Shown here one piece after another: positions 9,974 to 17,830 of a DNA stretch of 32,000 nt. How positions within the stretch are numbered: the stretch's first letter is position 1; every line of letters begins with the position of its first letter. The stretch comes from an uncultured Candidatus Saccharibacteria bacterium. Its GTDB lineage: Bacteria > Patescibacteriota > UBA1384 > XYA2-FULL-43-10 > 1-14-0-10-43-13. The notes below the pieces were generated by a model, which saw only the letters and a program-made list of their open reading frames with translations, did no database searches and was not told where the DNA came from. A program made the translations under genes and the position numbers. Location: the NCBI GenBank assembly GCA_964543385.1, contig CAZIYE010000001.1, positions 270,001 to 302,000 on the forward strand. The letters run 5' to 3'.

Positions 9974-10657
9974 TTAATTTCCGCCAAAGCGCCTTTGCCG
10001 CTTACCAAATTCCTCGACCGCCTTATCAAACTCTTTGGGAGAGAAGTCAGGCCAATGTACCTCTGGAAAATAGAATTCCGAATAAGCTGATTGCCAAAGT
10101 AGAAAACCAGAGAGGCGTTGCTCCCCAGAAGTACGAACAATCAAGTCCGGATCAGAAATGCCAGAACTATCTAGATTATCAGATATATTCTCTATTGTTA
10201 TCGGCATTTTATTTTCGACTATTTTCTCAACTGCCCTTTTAATCTCGTCTTTTCCCGTATAGTTAAGAGCAAGTTGAACCACCATACCAGTATTGTTTTT
10301 GGTCTTTTCTACTGCCCTGACTATTGTCTCGGCCAACTTCTTTGGCAAACCAGTAATATCTCCAAGATGACTCAATTTCATATTTTTGCCGTGCAGATCG
10401 TCGAGATATTCTTTTACAAAGTTTGTAAATATATCCATCAAATAATCGACTTCTTCCTTTGCTCTATTCCAATTCTCCTTAGAAAAACAATACATAGTCA
10501 CCGCCTCTAGTCCTTGGCTAGCAGCATAGTCTATGATCTCTTTGGCTCTTTTGAAACCAGCATTGTGACCCTGAAGAGTAGTGACTCCATTCACTTTAGC
10601 CCAACGTCTATTACCATCCAATATAAAACCAATATGTTTTGGAACTAAATTGCTCAT
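9974..10657 (-). CDS. uppS: undecaprenyl-diphosphate synthase (cis-prenyltransferase)
   Basis: HIGFILDGNRRWA and RTSGEQRLSGFLLWQSAYSEFYF motifs. Confidence 0.95.
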   Translation of the reverse strand: MSNLVPKHIGFILDGNRRWAKVNGVTTLQGHNAGFKRAKEIIDYAASQGLEAVTMYCFSKENWNRAKEEVDYLMDIFTNFVKEYLDDLHGKNMKLSHLGDITGLPKKLAETIVRAVEKTKNNTGMVVQLALNYTGKDEIKRAVEKIVENKMPITIENISDNLDSSGISDPDLIVRTSGEQRLSGFLLWQSAYSEFYFPEVHWPDFSPKEFDKAVEEFGKRQRRFGGN

Positions 10658-10692
10658 AATTCTAATTTATTTATTTTCATTAAACGGTAGTT

Positions 10693-10721
10693 ATAATACG
10701 TCATTTATAATAAATATTCAA
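10693..10721 (-). promoter_or_regulatory. candidate uppS promoter TTGAAT-17-TATTAT
   Basis: Hexamers at 10721..10716 and 10698..10693 on the minus strand, about 35 nt upstream of the ATG. Confidence 0.45.
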
Positions 10722-10952
10722 CCAATGACGAATTCTTGAATATATTATTAGAGAACAATGTGACCTGATTATTTTGTCGAAGCGTATGTTGAAAGAGTCA
10801 GAAATATTATTTTGAAGAACAATAAGTTTATTTATATACCAACTTTATTCAATGAACTCAAATCAGACAATTCAAAATATTGATTACTGAAGCAACCGGA
10901 CAAAACCCTAGTCCCAAGTGATTTTTTAATTGAGAGTATTTTTTCTATAATC

Positions 10953-12452
10953 TCAATTTTTACTCTTTAAAATAAATTCAACATTTGGCACGACAGTACC
11001 TTGATAATTAATAGTAACCACTTTTTGTGTGCTATCTGCTGGCATGTAAACCGGGTTCTGTGGCTCGACAGCTGATGATGTCCATGTGTATCCATTTCTT
11101 TGCCAATTAACTAAATTCATTGTAAGAAATTTAGGTAATACTGATAATAATTCCTGTGCAACTTGATTTTTGATCGTCTTGGCATATTCCTGGGCAAAAA
11201 ATTTCGAAGCACTATTTATTTGATCCTGAATCGCAACTAACTCGCTCTGTCCAAGAAGAAGTTGCTGCTTAGCATCAACAATCGCTTGATTGACAGAAGT
11301 TAAATTTAGATCACTTAAGCTTACAGCTCTCCTTGTCCCGGTGATATTTGTCGGGAGTTTATTTGTAATCTCGTCGATGGAGCTCCCGCTTGCATTGATC
11401 GCCTTGATCAAATCATTTTTACTTGTTGCAACAGCTGATGCTGATCTCGAAACAGGTTGACTGGCTAAAATCTTCGATAGCAAAGTTTCCTTAAACAATC
11501 CCAGTTTAATATCATCAGAGCCGATACTATTGGCATTTGTATTATCATTAATTAACTTGGACAAATAGATATTCGTGTTATCGTTTTGAACAATATTACC
11601 AAAGACTTGAGTATTCGCTAAAATTGTTGATGCATAATCATTTATAAGGGAGTTTTTGACCTCATCAATCGTTGTGTTATTTTTACTAAGCAATGTAGAG
11701 AAATTAACAATATCGGCCTTTGTTAACTTTATAGGAATCTGATTTGCGCTATTTAAAGTCGCTAAAGTATAGTTAGCAAACCCATCAGCCATCGACGTTC
11801 CGCCTAATTCACTAACTAAATCGATCAAATGTTTTTTCTTATCTGGATCAATTTCACAATTATGAAGAGTATTTGTTGTTACAGAACCAACCGTAAAATC
11901 ATCTTTGATCTTGGATTGACAATTTTTAAACCTAGTAATTTCTTCTCGAATAGGGCTATCACTCACACCACCTAGTGCGCTAACACTGTAATAATCCGAC
12001 GCAAACTTCAACAATTTAGTAGTCAGATTATTGAACTTAACTTCTCTTGGAGACATCAAAAATATCGCGTTTTTGTCTGTACTGTCATAATATGAATACG
12101 TCTGGTCTTTATTTTGGCATTTTGAAACTTTAAATATAAGCTTTACAGTCCAACAATCTCTAGAATAACCGTAGTTGGTCACTTTTACTGGGATGTAACC
12201 GCTAATAGCTGTCCCCCTAAGCGTATTAGTGGCGCCACGATTATCCGATGCCGTTCTTCTATTAGCGGCTGGTAACTTATTAGGCAAACCCGTAATCGGT
12301 TTTTGTAATGTAAATTGGATTTTGGTTGAATTTTGAGAACCATTTGTATCTGCCGAAACACCTCTTTTCAACATTGATCTCATCGCTAAAGTACCAACAG
12401 TACCAGAAAACAATAGCCAAGCTACTGCTATAATAACCATTCTTTTCGGCAT
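10953..12452 (-). CDS. signal-anchored secreted hypothetical protein, 499 aa, Asn/Ser/Thr-rich
   Basis: N-terminal MPKRMVIIAVAWLLFSGTVGTLA hydrophobic segment. GAGG SD. No recognisable domain. Confidence 0.8.
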   Translation of the reverse strand: MPKRMVIIAVAWLLFSGTVGTLAMRSMLKRGVSADTNGSQNSTKIQFTLQKPITGLPNKLPAANRRTASDNRGATNTLRGTAISGYIPVKVTNYGYSRDCWTVKLIFKVSKCQNKDQTYSYYDSTDKNAIFLMSPREVKFNNLTTKLLKFASDYYSVSALGGVSDSPIREEITRFKNCQSKIKDDFTVGSVTTNTLHNCEIDPDKKKHLIDLVSELGGTSMADGFANYTLATLNSANQIPIKLTKADIVNFSTLLSKNNTTIDEVKNSLINDYASTILANTQVFGNIVQNDNTNIYLSKLINDNTNANSIGSDDIKLGLFKETLLSKILASQPVSRSASAVATSKNDLIKAINASGSSIDEITNKLPTNITGTRRAVSLSDLNLTSVNQAIVDAKQQLLLGQSELVAIQDQINSASKFFAQEYAKTIKNQVAQELLSVLPKFLTMNLVNWQRNGYTWTSSAVEPQNPVYMPADSTQKVVTINYQGTVVPNVEFILKSKN

Positions 12453-12518
12453 CTCAACCTCATTTATAATTAATTAGTTTTATCATATTATAAACCAATA
12501 CACAAAACATGAAAATAC

Positions 12519-12625
12519 TTAGGGGGCGTGTGCGTTTCGGATATTAGAGGAACTCAAAAAACCACGATCACTCCCCTTTTCCCAACCACTTCCCTGTTCA
12601 AATACCCTCTGAAATTCCCCAAGAA
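12519..12625 (-). other. GC-rich strand-asymmetric segment with five G-tracts on the minus strand
   Basis: G3-4 tracts on minus at 12617-20, 12605-07, 12592-94, 12581-83 and 12573-76. CTTAGGGGG (12519-27) can pair with TTCCCCAAG (12616-24). It lies between a terminator and the 499-aa gene. Confidence 0.25.
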
Positions 12626-12658
12626 AAAAGCACCACTTTCGTGATGCTTTTTTCTTGG
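12619..12658. terminator. long bidirectional terminator hairpin
   Basis: CCAAGAAAAAAGCACCAC tttc GTGATGCTTTTTTCTTGG. Core is AGCACCAC/GTGATGCT, flanked by A6 and T6. Confidence 0.75.
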
Positions 12659-12732
12659 TGGAACACGCTCCAACAAGTCGGTAATATAATACTAAATGAC
12701 AAAGCAATGATCTATATTCCGAAGATGAGAAT
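12655..12732 (-). repeat. 78-nt repeat copy E1 (3' UTR of ORF 12777..13034)
   Basis: 57/78 ungapped identity with 13146-13223. Invariant blocks are TTGGTGGAAC, TATAATACTA and ATGAGAAT (plus-strand reading). Confidence 0.7.
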
Positions 12733-12776
12733 AAGAGAGTTCTTGTAAAGAACATACTACTTATTGAAGTATACGG

Positions 12777-13034
12777 TTAAAGCTTTAAGTTGCCAACAAT
12801 CAGAGCAAGGATAAATAGAATCTCGGCTATGAACCCTATCACTGAAAAAACAATACCAAATATCGCCATTGTCTTCTTTGCGGTCTTCATTCCGCGAATA
12901 GAATAAACCAACCCTGTAACAGATAACAGGATACCAACCGGGCCCAACAAAAAAGAGACTAACCCCATCAGACCAAAGAGTAATCCCCACTCAGAATCGT
13001 ATTGACCACCCTTATTTTTTGTTTTGTTTACCAT
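12777..13034 (-). CDS. small two-TM membrane protein, 85 aa (DUF4190-like pattern)
   Basis: GLLFGLMGLVSFLLGPVGILLSVTGLVYSIRG...AIFGIVFSVIGFI. Chosen over the overlapping frame 12757..12990. Confidence 0.6.
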   Translation of the reverse strand: MVNKTKNKGGQYDSEWGLLFGLMGLVSFLLGPVGILLSVTGLVYSIRGMKTAKKTMAIFGIVFSVIGFIAEILFILALIVGNLKL

Positions 13035-13115
13035 AACTACTCTTTTTTACTTATATTTTAATAGTATCAAACCAAACAATTTTATTAAAGTCCTAACACT
13101 ATCTTCGGGTATAAT

Positions 13116-13136
13116 AAAAAAACTAGTCTGGGACTA
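13116..13136 (-). terminator. weak hairpin TAGTC-tgg-GACTA with A7/T-rich flanks
   Basis: 5-bp stem only. It occupies the same position relative to E2 as the strong terminators do behind E1 and tRNA-Ala. Confidence 0.3.
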
Positions 13137-13145
13137 ATCTTCTTA

Positions 13146-13223
13146 TTGGTGGAACGCACTATTGCGAGTCAGAAATATAATACTAAACAGTGAAGAACAG
13201 ATTTATACTCCAAAAATGAGAAT
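13146..13223 (-). repeat. 78-nt repeat copy E2 (3' UTR of ORF 13228..13503)
   Basis: See E1. It begins 4 nt after the TAA stop at 13228-13230. Confidence 0.7.
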
Positions 13224-13227
13224 TAAA

Positions 13228-13503
13228 TTATTTAGTTGATCTTCTCTTTTCGAATAGTAGGCTAACCAGAACTACGATTCCAACACCGATCACCCACCAG
13301 ATTAGAATATCGGTCATCAAGTATAAATAATTTACTGATATTTGCCTTCCATCCATCGGAGTGTCCGGGATGAATTTTATTGGATAACCGCTACCGTTAC
13401 CTCTTCCAATAACGATCCCTTCTTTATTCGATGCAGAGCCAGACGTTACAATAAAAATAATTAGTCCAACAAAAAAGCCATAAATTATCTTGTTCAGCTT
13501 TAT
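13228..13503 (-). CDS. small membrane protein, ~91 aa, no canonical start codon (putative ATA start)
   Basis: A 94-codon open frame runs from TAG to TAA. AAGGAGG (13515..13509) is followed by tcatt then ATA (13503..13501). There are N-terminal and C-terminal hydrophobic helices. The ORF is absent from the ATG/GTG/TTG ORF track. Confidence 0.45.
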   Translation of the reverse strand: MKLNKIIYGFFVGLIIFIVTSGSASNKEGIVIGRGNGSGYPIKFIPDTPMDGRQISVNYLYLMTDILIWWVIGVGIVVLVSLLFEKRRSTK

Positions 13504-13585
13504 AATGACCTCCTTTTTTAACTATTATACTATTCATAGTCCAAGCCAACAATAGCACCACATAAAGGCGATTTAGTTGAGTAAA

Positions 13586-13620
13586 TTAAAAATTATCTAG
13601 TATTAAACTAGATAATTTTT
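13586..13620 (-). terminator. terminator after tRNA-Ala
   Basis: AATTATCTAGT attaa ACTAGATAATT (11 bp), flanked by A5 and T5. Confidence 0.8.
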
Positions 13621-13622
13621 AT

Positions 13623-13698
13623 TGGTGGACCCTAGGGGATTCGAACTCCTGACCTCCTCAGTGCAAATGAGGCGCTCTACCAACTAAGCTAAGGGCCC
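13623..13698 (-). tRNA. tRNA-Ala (anticodon UGC), CCA encoded
   Basis: Cloverleaf read by hand: acceptor GGGCCCT/AGGGTCC with the G3:U70 Ala identity pair, anticodon loop TTTGCAC, T-loop TTCGAAT. Confidence 0.9.
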
Positions 13699-13723
13699 AT
13701 AAACTGTAAAATGGACTATAAGT

Positions 13724-13752
13724 ATAGTACTACAAATCACAGTTTTTTTCAA
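13724..13752 (-). promoter_or_regulatory. tRNA-Ala promoter TTGAAA-17-TACTAT
   Basis: Hexamers at 13752..13747 and 13729..13724. The tRNA 5' end lies 25 nt downstream of the -10. Confidence 0.55.
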
Positions 13753-13759
13753 GATATGT

Positions 13760-14200
13760 TTAATTCGGACTATAAAGACTTGGTTCTCTCGGTTCTGTCT
13801 CTTCGCCCCCTTTGTTTGTTTTTGCGATCAGTTCGTCAGAGATAGCCCGCTCCTCCGGTGTCATGTTTTTTGCCCTCTCTCTTAACTCGCCGACATCAAC
13901 TGGCGGAAATTGAGGTGTATTCTCTCTATATTCTTTCAGCGCTTCTTCCATGCCATCCATAGCCAAAAAATCCACTTCCGATAAGCCGTCTTCTCCGTCG
14001 CTGCCCCGTTTTAAACCACGACCAGCGATCTCTTTCATCACCGAATCTGTGAAGTCTGAGGGTAGTGGCGGGACTAGCAAGTCTGGTATCATTGCTTTTG
14101 CTACTTCAACGACTCGATCATCCTCATCAACCTCTGGAAGAGATTTTAATCCGTGAAAATCCCCATTATCGTCAGATATTTGTTCTTCGTCCTGATCCAT
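13760..14200 (-). CDS. highly acidic hypothetical protein, 146 aa, GC-richer than its surroundings
   Basis: GGGAG SD 5 nt before the ATG. D/E-rich throughout. Line 13981-14040 counts 31/60 G+C. Confidence 0.7.
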   Translation of the reverse strand: MDQDEEQISDDNGDFHGLKSLPEVDEDDRVVEVAKAMIPDLLVPPLPSDFTDSVMKEIAGRGLKRGSDGEDGLSEVDFLAMDGMEEALKEYRENTPQFPPVDVGELRERAKNMTPEERAISDELIAKTNKGGEETEPREPSLYSPN

Positions 14201-14208
14201 AATTCTCC

Positions 14209-14403
14209 CTAGAAATTAAATAATGCGTAGAAACCAAAAATAATAAAGCCGACACCAGCGATCTTCCAAAATATATATGTACCTGTCGGTCCCCATAGCT
14301 TATCAGCAAAATCAATACGGGTAACGTTGTCCGCCAACCACTTACTATAACGAATACTAACAAATCCCCCTATTATTCCTCCGACAAACCATAACCAATT
14401 CAT
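14209..14403 (-). CDS. small two-TM membrane protein, 64 aa
   Basis: WFVGGIIGGFV and IAGVGFIIFGFYALF hydrophobic segments. Tightly packed between the pilin-like operon and the acidic protein gene. Confidence 0.6.
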   Translation of the reverse strand: MNWLWFVGGIIGGFVSIRYSKWLADNVTRIDFADKLWGPTGTYIFWKIAGVGFIIFGFYALFNF

Positions 14404-14434
14404 AAAAATCCATTCATTTAATTAATTACTTATT

Positions 14435-15778
14435 TTATTCTTGTCGCCAATTTAAAACAGTATAATTTCCAGTAGTAGGAAACTGAGGTGGCGGTGAAAG
14501 TGTCAGATAGGGATCATAGGTCTGATTTGTTGACCTATATCCGCTAGTCACCGTCGTTCCACTTACCCAGCTCCAAGTCCACGTCAAATTTGATGCGATA
14601 GAGCCATAAACCGAGATACTGTCTTTAACATAACCATTCGCCTGCGGAAACCACACGTGACCTTTTTGTGCAAGCAATGCAGCATTTATTTCAAGATCAT
14701 TAGCAGCATAAGATGGAACGACAATATCTCCTTGAGATATAAGTCCGATACTGGCAGTACCGTCTTTAGCAGAATAAAGCAGATTATCTTTTATGGCAAT
14801 TTTAGCCGTCTGATTACCATGAGAAGACTCTGCTGCAATTGTTATTTTCCCATTATAAGTTCCATCTACCCATACATTATCGCTAACATATACGATACCA
14901 TTTTCTGGCAGATCATGAGTCGAGAGAAGACTCGTTGTTATACCTGTGTTTCTCTCTCTGGTTACCTTGTGGACCTCAATATTTGAATTATTCAATTTCA
15001 GATAATACCCCAGACTATTAGAAGGATCTAAATAAATACCATCCTGCTGAGCTTCAATCTTAATATTATTCAGATCAACAGAGACTCGGTTAAAATCTAC
15101 TGGCGGTACAGGAAAAACCCAAAACCCTATTGGTCCCCCATTACCCCAAACTCCATCATGATATTGCCCGTCTCCGCCAAAGTTATTTGACGGCTTATAA
15201 GTTTTCGAAGAGGAAGAGATAATTCCGTTACCCACACCATCAAAATGAACTCCGATATTAGAATGAACAGGACCGTTCGTCGCTTCGTCTGACCCAAACC
15301 AACATTCAGTATTTGTGACAAAAGAATATCGAGCAAATGATGGCATTCCGATATCTGCAACTACCACACTTTCTGATTTGGCATTTTGAAGCTTACCAAT
15401 TGATTTTACTTTTACAACCGCTTCCCCTTGGAGCGGTGGCGTAATATAAAGACTGTAAGTGCCGATAACCTCACCCTTGAAATTCTTATATTCATGAGTA
15501 AAAGGGCCAAATGATGGGCCGCTACCGCATGAACCACCATCACAGTAATCAGTATTGTCATGAGAAAGATGCCACATATAATAATTCACACCAGCCTCGG
15601 CAACTTCAAGCGATGAAATCACTTTTTCATGATATGCTGCCCTCTTTACATTGGCCATTGCTATTCCCACCAAAGCAGATGCGAATGCAATAAACAAAAC
15701 AGACGCAAGAAGTATCCCAGGCAGATAGGAACCTTTTCTATATTTACAAAATCTAATTTTTTTAAAGATAGTCATCAT
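14435..15778 (-). CDS. PilX-N-like type IV pilus minor component, 447 aa
   Basis: N-terminal KGSYLPGILLASVLFIAFASALVG anchor followed by EVAEAGVNYYMWHL, a PilX_N-like pattern. ATGA overlap with the upstream pilin gene. Confidence 0.7.
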   Translation of the reverse strand: MMTIFKKIRFCKYRKGSYLPGILLASVLFIAFASALVGIAMANVKRAAYHEKVISSLEVAEAGVNYYMWHLSHDNTDYCDGGSCGSGPSFGPFTHEYKNFKGEVIGTYSLYITPPLQGEAVVKVKSIGKLQNAKSESVVVADIGMPSFARYSFVTNTECWFGSDEATNGPVHSNIGVHFDGVGNGIISSSSKTYKPSNNFGGDGQYHDGVWGNGGPIGFWVFPVPPVDFNRVSVDLNNIKIEAQQDGIYLDPSNSLGYYLKLNNSNIEVHKVTRERNTGITTSLLSTHDLPENGIVYVSDNVWVDGTYNGKITIAAESSHGNQTAKIAIKDNLLYSAKDGTASIGLISQGDIVVPSYAANDLEINAALLAQKGHVWFPQANGYVKDSISVYGSIASNLTWTWSWVSGTTVTSGYRSTNQTYDPYLTLSPPPQFPTTGNYTVLNWRQE

Positions 15779-16359
15779 AAATTATTTTTTAGGTTTCTCA
15801 ATTGTACAGCTGTCGATTGCTCTGCAGACTCAGGGGATGCATTAATATCATTATCAATTTCTATCGACATCTTTATTAATCTTACAACATCATTTTGAAT
15901 TGGAAACTCTAGTTCGCTATTAGCATCATTATAATACTTGAACAAATTTACAGAAATCACATTTTCGGCAATCTTTTTGATTTCTTTTTGAGAATCCGGA
16001 TAAATAAAAGTATTTTCTGCAATTATAGGAGAAATGCTATAACGATATAGACTGTTGCCATCTAAATAATAGCTAATTTTACTCGGCGCGGGATTAGTAT
16101 CCCCTTTCAAATACGAATAAAAAGTTAAATTATTGGAATTAGCCGATATAATTGCTGTTGTGCCCCTAGACATCTTTTCAAAATCCCTAGCAGCTATCGC
16201 CGCTTGTTCATTTAAAGCAATGCGCTTTGTTCCGAGACGATATTGCTTGTTTCCACTGGTATAAAGGGATGCTATTATTAAGCCCAAGATACCGACTAAC
16301 ACTACAGTTACTATCATCTCCATAAGAGAAAAACCATTTTTTTTATCTGTCATTGTCAT
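15775..16359 (-). CDS. prepilin-type N-terminal cleavage/methylation domain protein (minor pilin/pseudopilin)
   Basis: Class III signal KKNG|FSLMEMIVTVVLVGILGLI, with Glu at +5. Confidence 0.85.
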   Translation of the reverse strand: MTMTDKKNGFSLMEMIVTVVLVGILGLIIASLYTSGNKQYRLGTKRIALNEQAAIAARDFEKMSRGTTAIISANSNNLTFYSYLKGDTNPAPSKISYYLDGNSLYRYSISPIIAENTFIYPDSQKEIKKIAENVISVNLFKYYNDANSELEFPIQNDVVRLIKMSIEIDNDINASPESAEQSTAVQLRNLKNNL

Positions 16360-16361
16360 AT

Positions 16362-17738
16362 TTAAGGATTTATTATATTGAAACCGTTTGCTTGGGATAC
16401 AAATTCGCCATTAATATTAGTAACAACGATGTGATAAAGTCCAGCTTCTGTACCAACAAGATTGAAATCTGCCACTATCTGATTATGTTGAGAAACCTCA
16501 ATATTTGTACCGATTATTTCAGCGCCCGTACTACTGTTCACAATCTTTATGTTTGCGCCATTATCAAAATTATTTCCATCAACCGTTATTGAAATATTAT
16601 CGCCAACTGTTCCATTAGAAGGTAATGAATTATAAATAACAGGATTAGAACCAGAAGAAGAAAGCGTAGCCAAGACAACTAAATTTACCTCCGGAGTCAG
16701 TCTTATTGGTTGAGCAGGTGAGGTAGATATTAGATTCATTTCTGAAACATTCTTTATTTTATAGTCATCAAACTCAAGATTTGGAATTCTAATATATCCC
16801 TGAGCGTCAGTTGTGAATATTTGTGAATATTTGAAAGTGTCTGGATTATTGTAAATCATCTTACTGCCCTCTAACGTAAAGCCAATGTTTGGGACGGGAC
16901 TTCCAGATTGATCCCTAAATGTTATTTCCATAACTGAAAGTTTATCTATTACTAAAGTAACGCCAGTAACCTGTTGTACGATAATATCCACATCCGGCTC
17001 TAGAGCATTAGGATTTTGTGATGTCCTAGGATAAGTCTGCGAAGTTGAATACCCATTCTTAGTAACAACAATATGATAATTATTATGTTGATCTGGCGGT
17101 AACTTTGGAATTAAAAGACAGCCATCATCTCCCGTAGTCATTGAAATATCAATCTGCGGAACCAAAACAAGGTTTTCTACACGCACATCAGCACCAGATA
17201 CAGGATTACCCAAATTATCAATTACACAAAAGTTTAATATTCCCGTATCGCTTGGGGTTTCAGCAGCCTTTGCAGAAACGTTTGTCACAAGTTTTGCAAG
17301 CTGACTATTCCTGCCTTTCTTGCCGACCGTTATCTCTACTTTTTTATAATCATATGGATAAAGGTCTTGTGGTTTCCCGGCAATATTGCCAGCTGCGTTA
17401 CCATCAAAAGGATCATCAACATAGCTAATTACTGTATGCACGTTAAAAGCAGTGCCGTTTCTATTTACGGACTCGTCATCAAGAATGTTACCCTGTGGGT
17501 ATATCGATCCATGTTGTGTTGATAGATCATCATAGGGCATATTGCGAATCATTTCCATTCGCTCATTTGACAAGGTCACCGCCACCATCTTTGCTTTTGC
17601 CAAGTTTATCGATTTAAAGGCAGCTGCATATCCAGAGACTATAGCGACTGCCACCATCGAAACAATCATAAAATCGATCAACACTTCGATGAGCGTAAAT
17701 CCCTGTTTCGTTTTTAGATCTTTACTGGAAAATATTAT
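16362..17738 (-). CDS. large PilV-like prepilin with beta-sandwich (carboxypeptidase-regulatory-like) repeats, ~458 aa. True start lies upstream of the ORF-track GTG.
   Basis: In-frame KTKQG|FTLIEVLI lies at 17702-17671, upstream of GTG 17684. No ATG/GTG/TTG occurs between the TAA at 17778-17780 and the motif. AGGAGGGG (17749..17742) is followed by ATA ATA (17738..17733). Confidence 0.75.
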   Translation of the reverse strand: MIFSSKDLKTKQGFTLIEVLIDFMIVSMVAVAIVSGYAAAFKSINLAKAKMVAVTLSNERMEMIRNMPYDDLSTQHGSIYPQGNILDDESVNRNGTAFNVHTVISYVDDPFDGNAAGNIAGKPQDLYPYDYKKVEITVGKKGRNSQLAKLVTNVSAKAAETPSDTGILNFCVIDNLGNPVSGADVRVENLVLVPQIDISMTTGDDGCLLIPKLPPDQHNNYHIVVTKNGYSTSQTYPRTSQNPNALEPDVDIIVQQVTGVTLVIDKLSVMEITFRDQSGSPVPNIGFTLEGSKMIYNNPDTFKYSQIFTTDAQGYIRIPNLEFDDYKIKNVSEMNLISTSPAQPIRLTPEVNLVVLATLSSSGSNPVIYNSLPSNGTVGDNISITVDGNNFDNGANIKIVNSSTGAEIIGTNIEVSQHNQIVADFNLVGTEAGLYHIVVTNINGEFVSQANGFNIINP

Positions 17739-17791
17739 TAGCCCCTCCTGACTAATATTAAAGTATTCAAGGTTATTTTATCACGAATGAA

Positions 17792-17801
17792 TAGCACATA
17801 G
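17792..17801. repeat. 10-bp direct repeat TAGCACATAG, left copy
   Basis: The identical 10-mer recurs at 18413-18422. Together they bracket the GC-rich ORF and its hairpin. Confidence 0.5.
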
Positions 17802-17830
17802 AAGCACTAATATATAGAAAATAATTTTGG

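Noticed and set aside
12519-12755. A 78-aa minus-strand ORF.
   Set aside because: It spans repeat E1, a strong terminator hairpin and the G-tract segment, so it is not a plausible gene.
12655-13223. E1/E2 as genuine (D-arm-less) tRNA genes or tmRNA pieces, because of the GTTCCACCA ends and a possible 7-bp acceptor stem in E1.
   Set aside because: The candidate is only 65 nt. There is no T-loop (TTCGA) or anticodon arm, the acceptor pairing degrades in E2, and the conserved core shows no covariation.
16811-16833. A perfect 10-nt tandem duplication (TTGTGAATAT x2.3) inside the PilV-like gene, considered as a phase-variation or repeat element.
   Set aside because: The ORF is intact across it, and such short AT-rich tandems are expected by chance here. 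It is worth noting only if population data show copy-number slippage.
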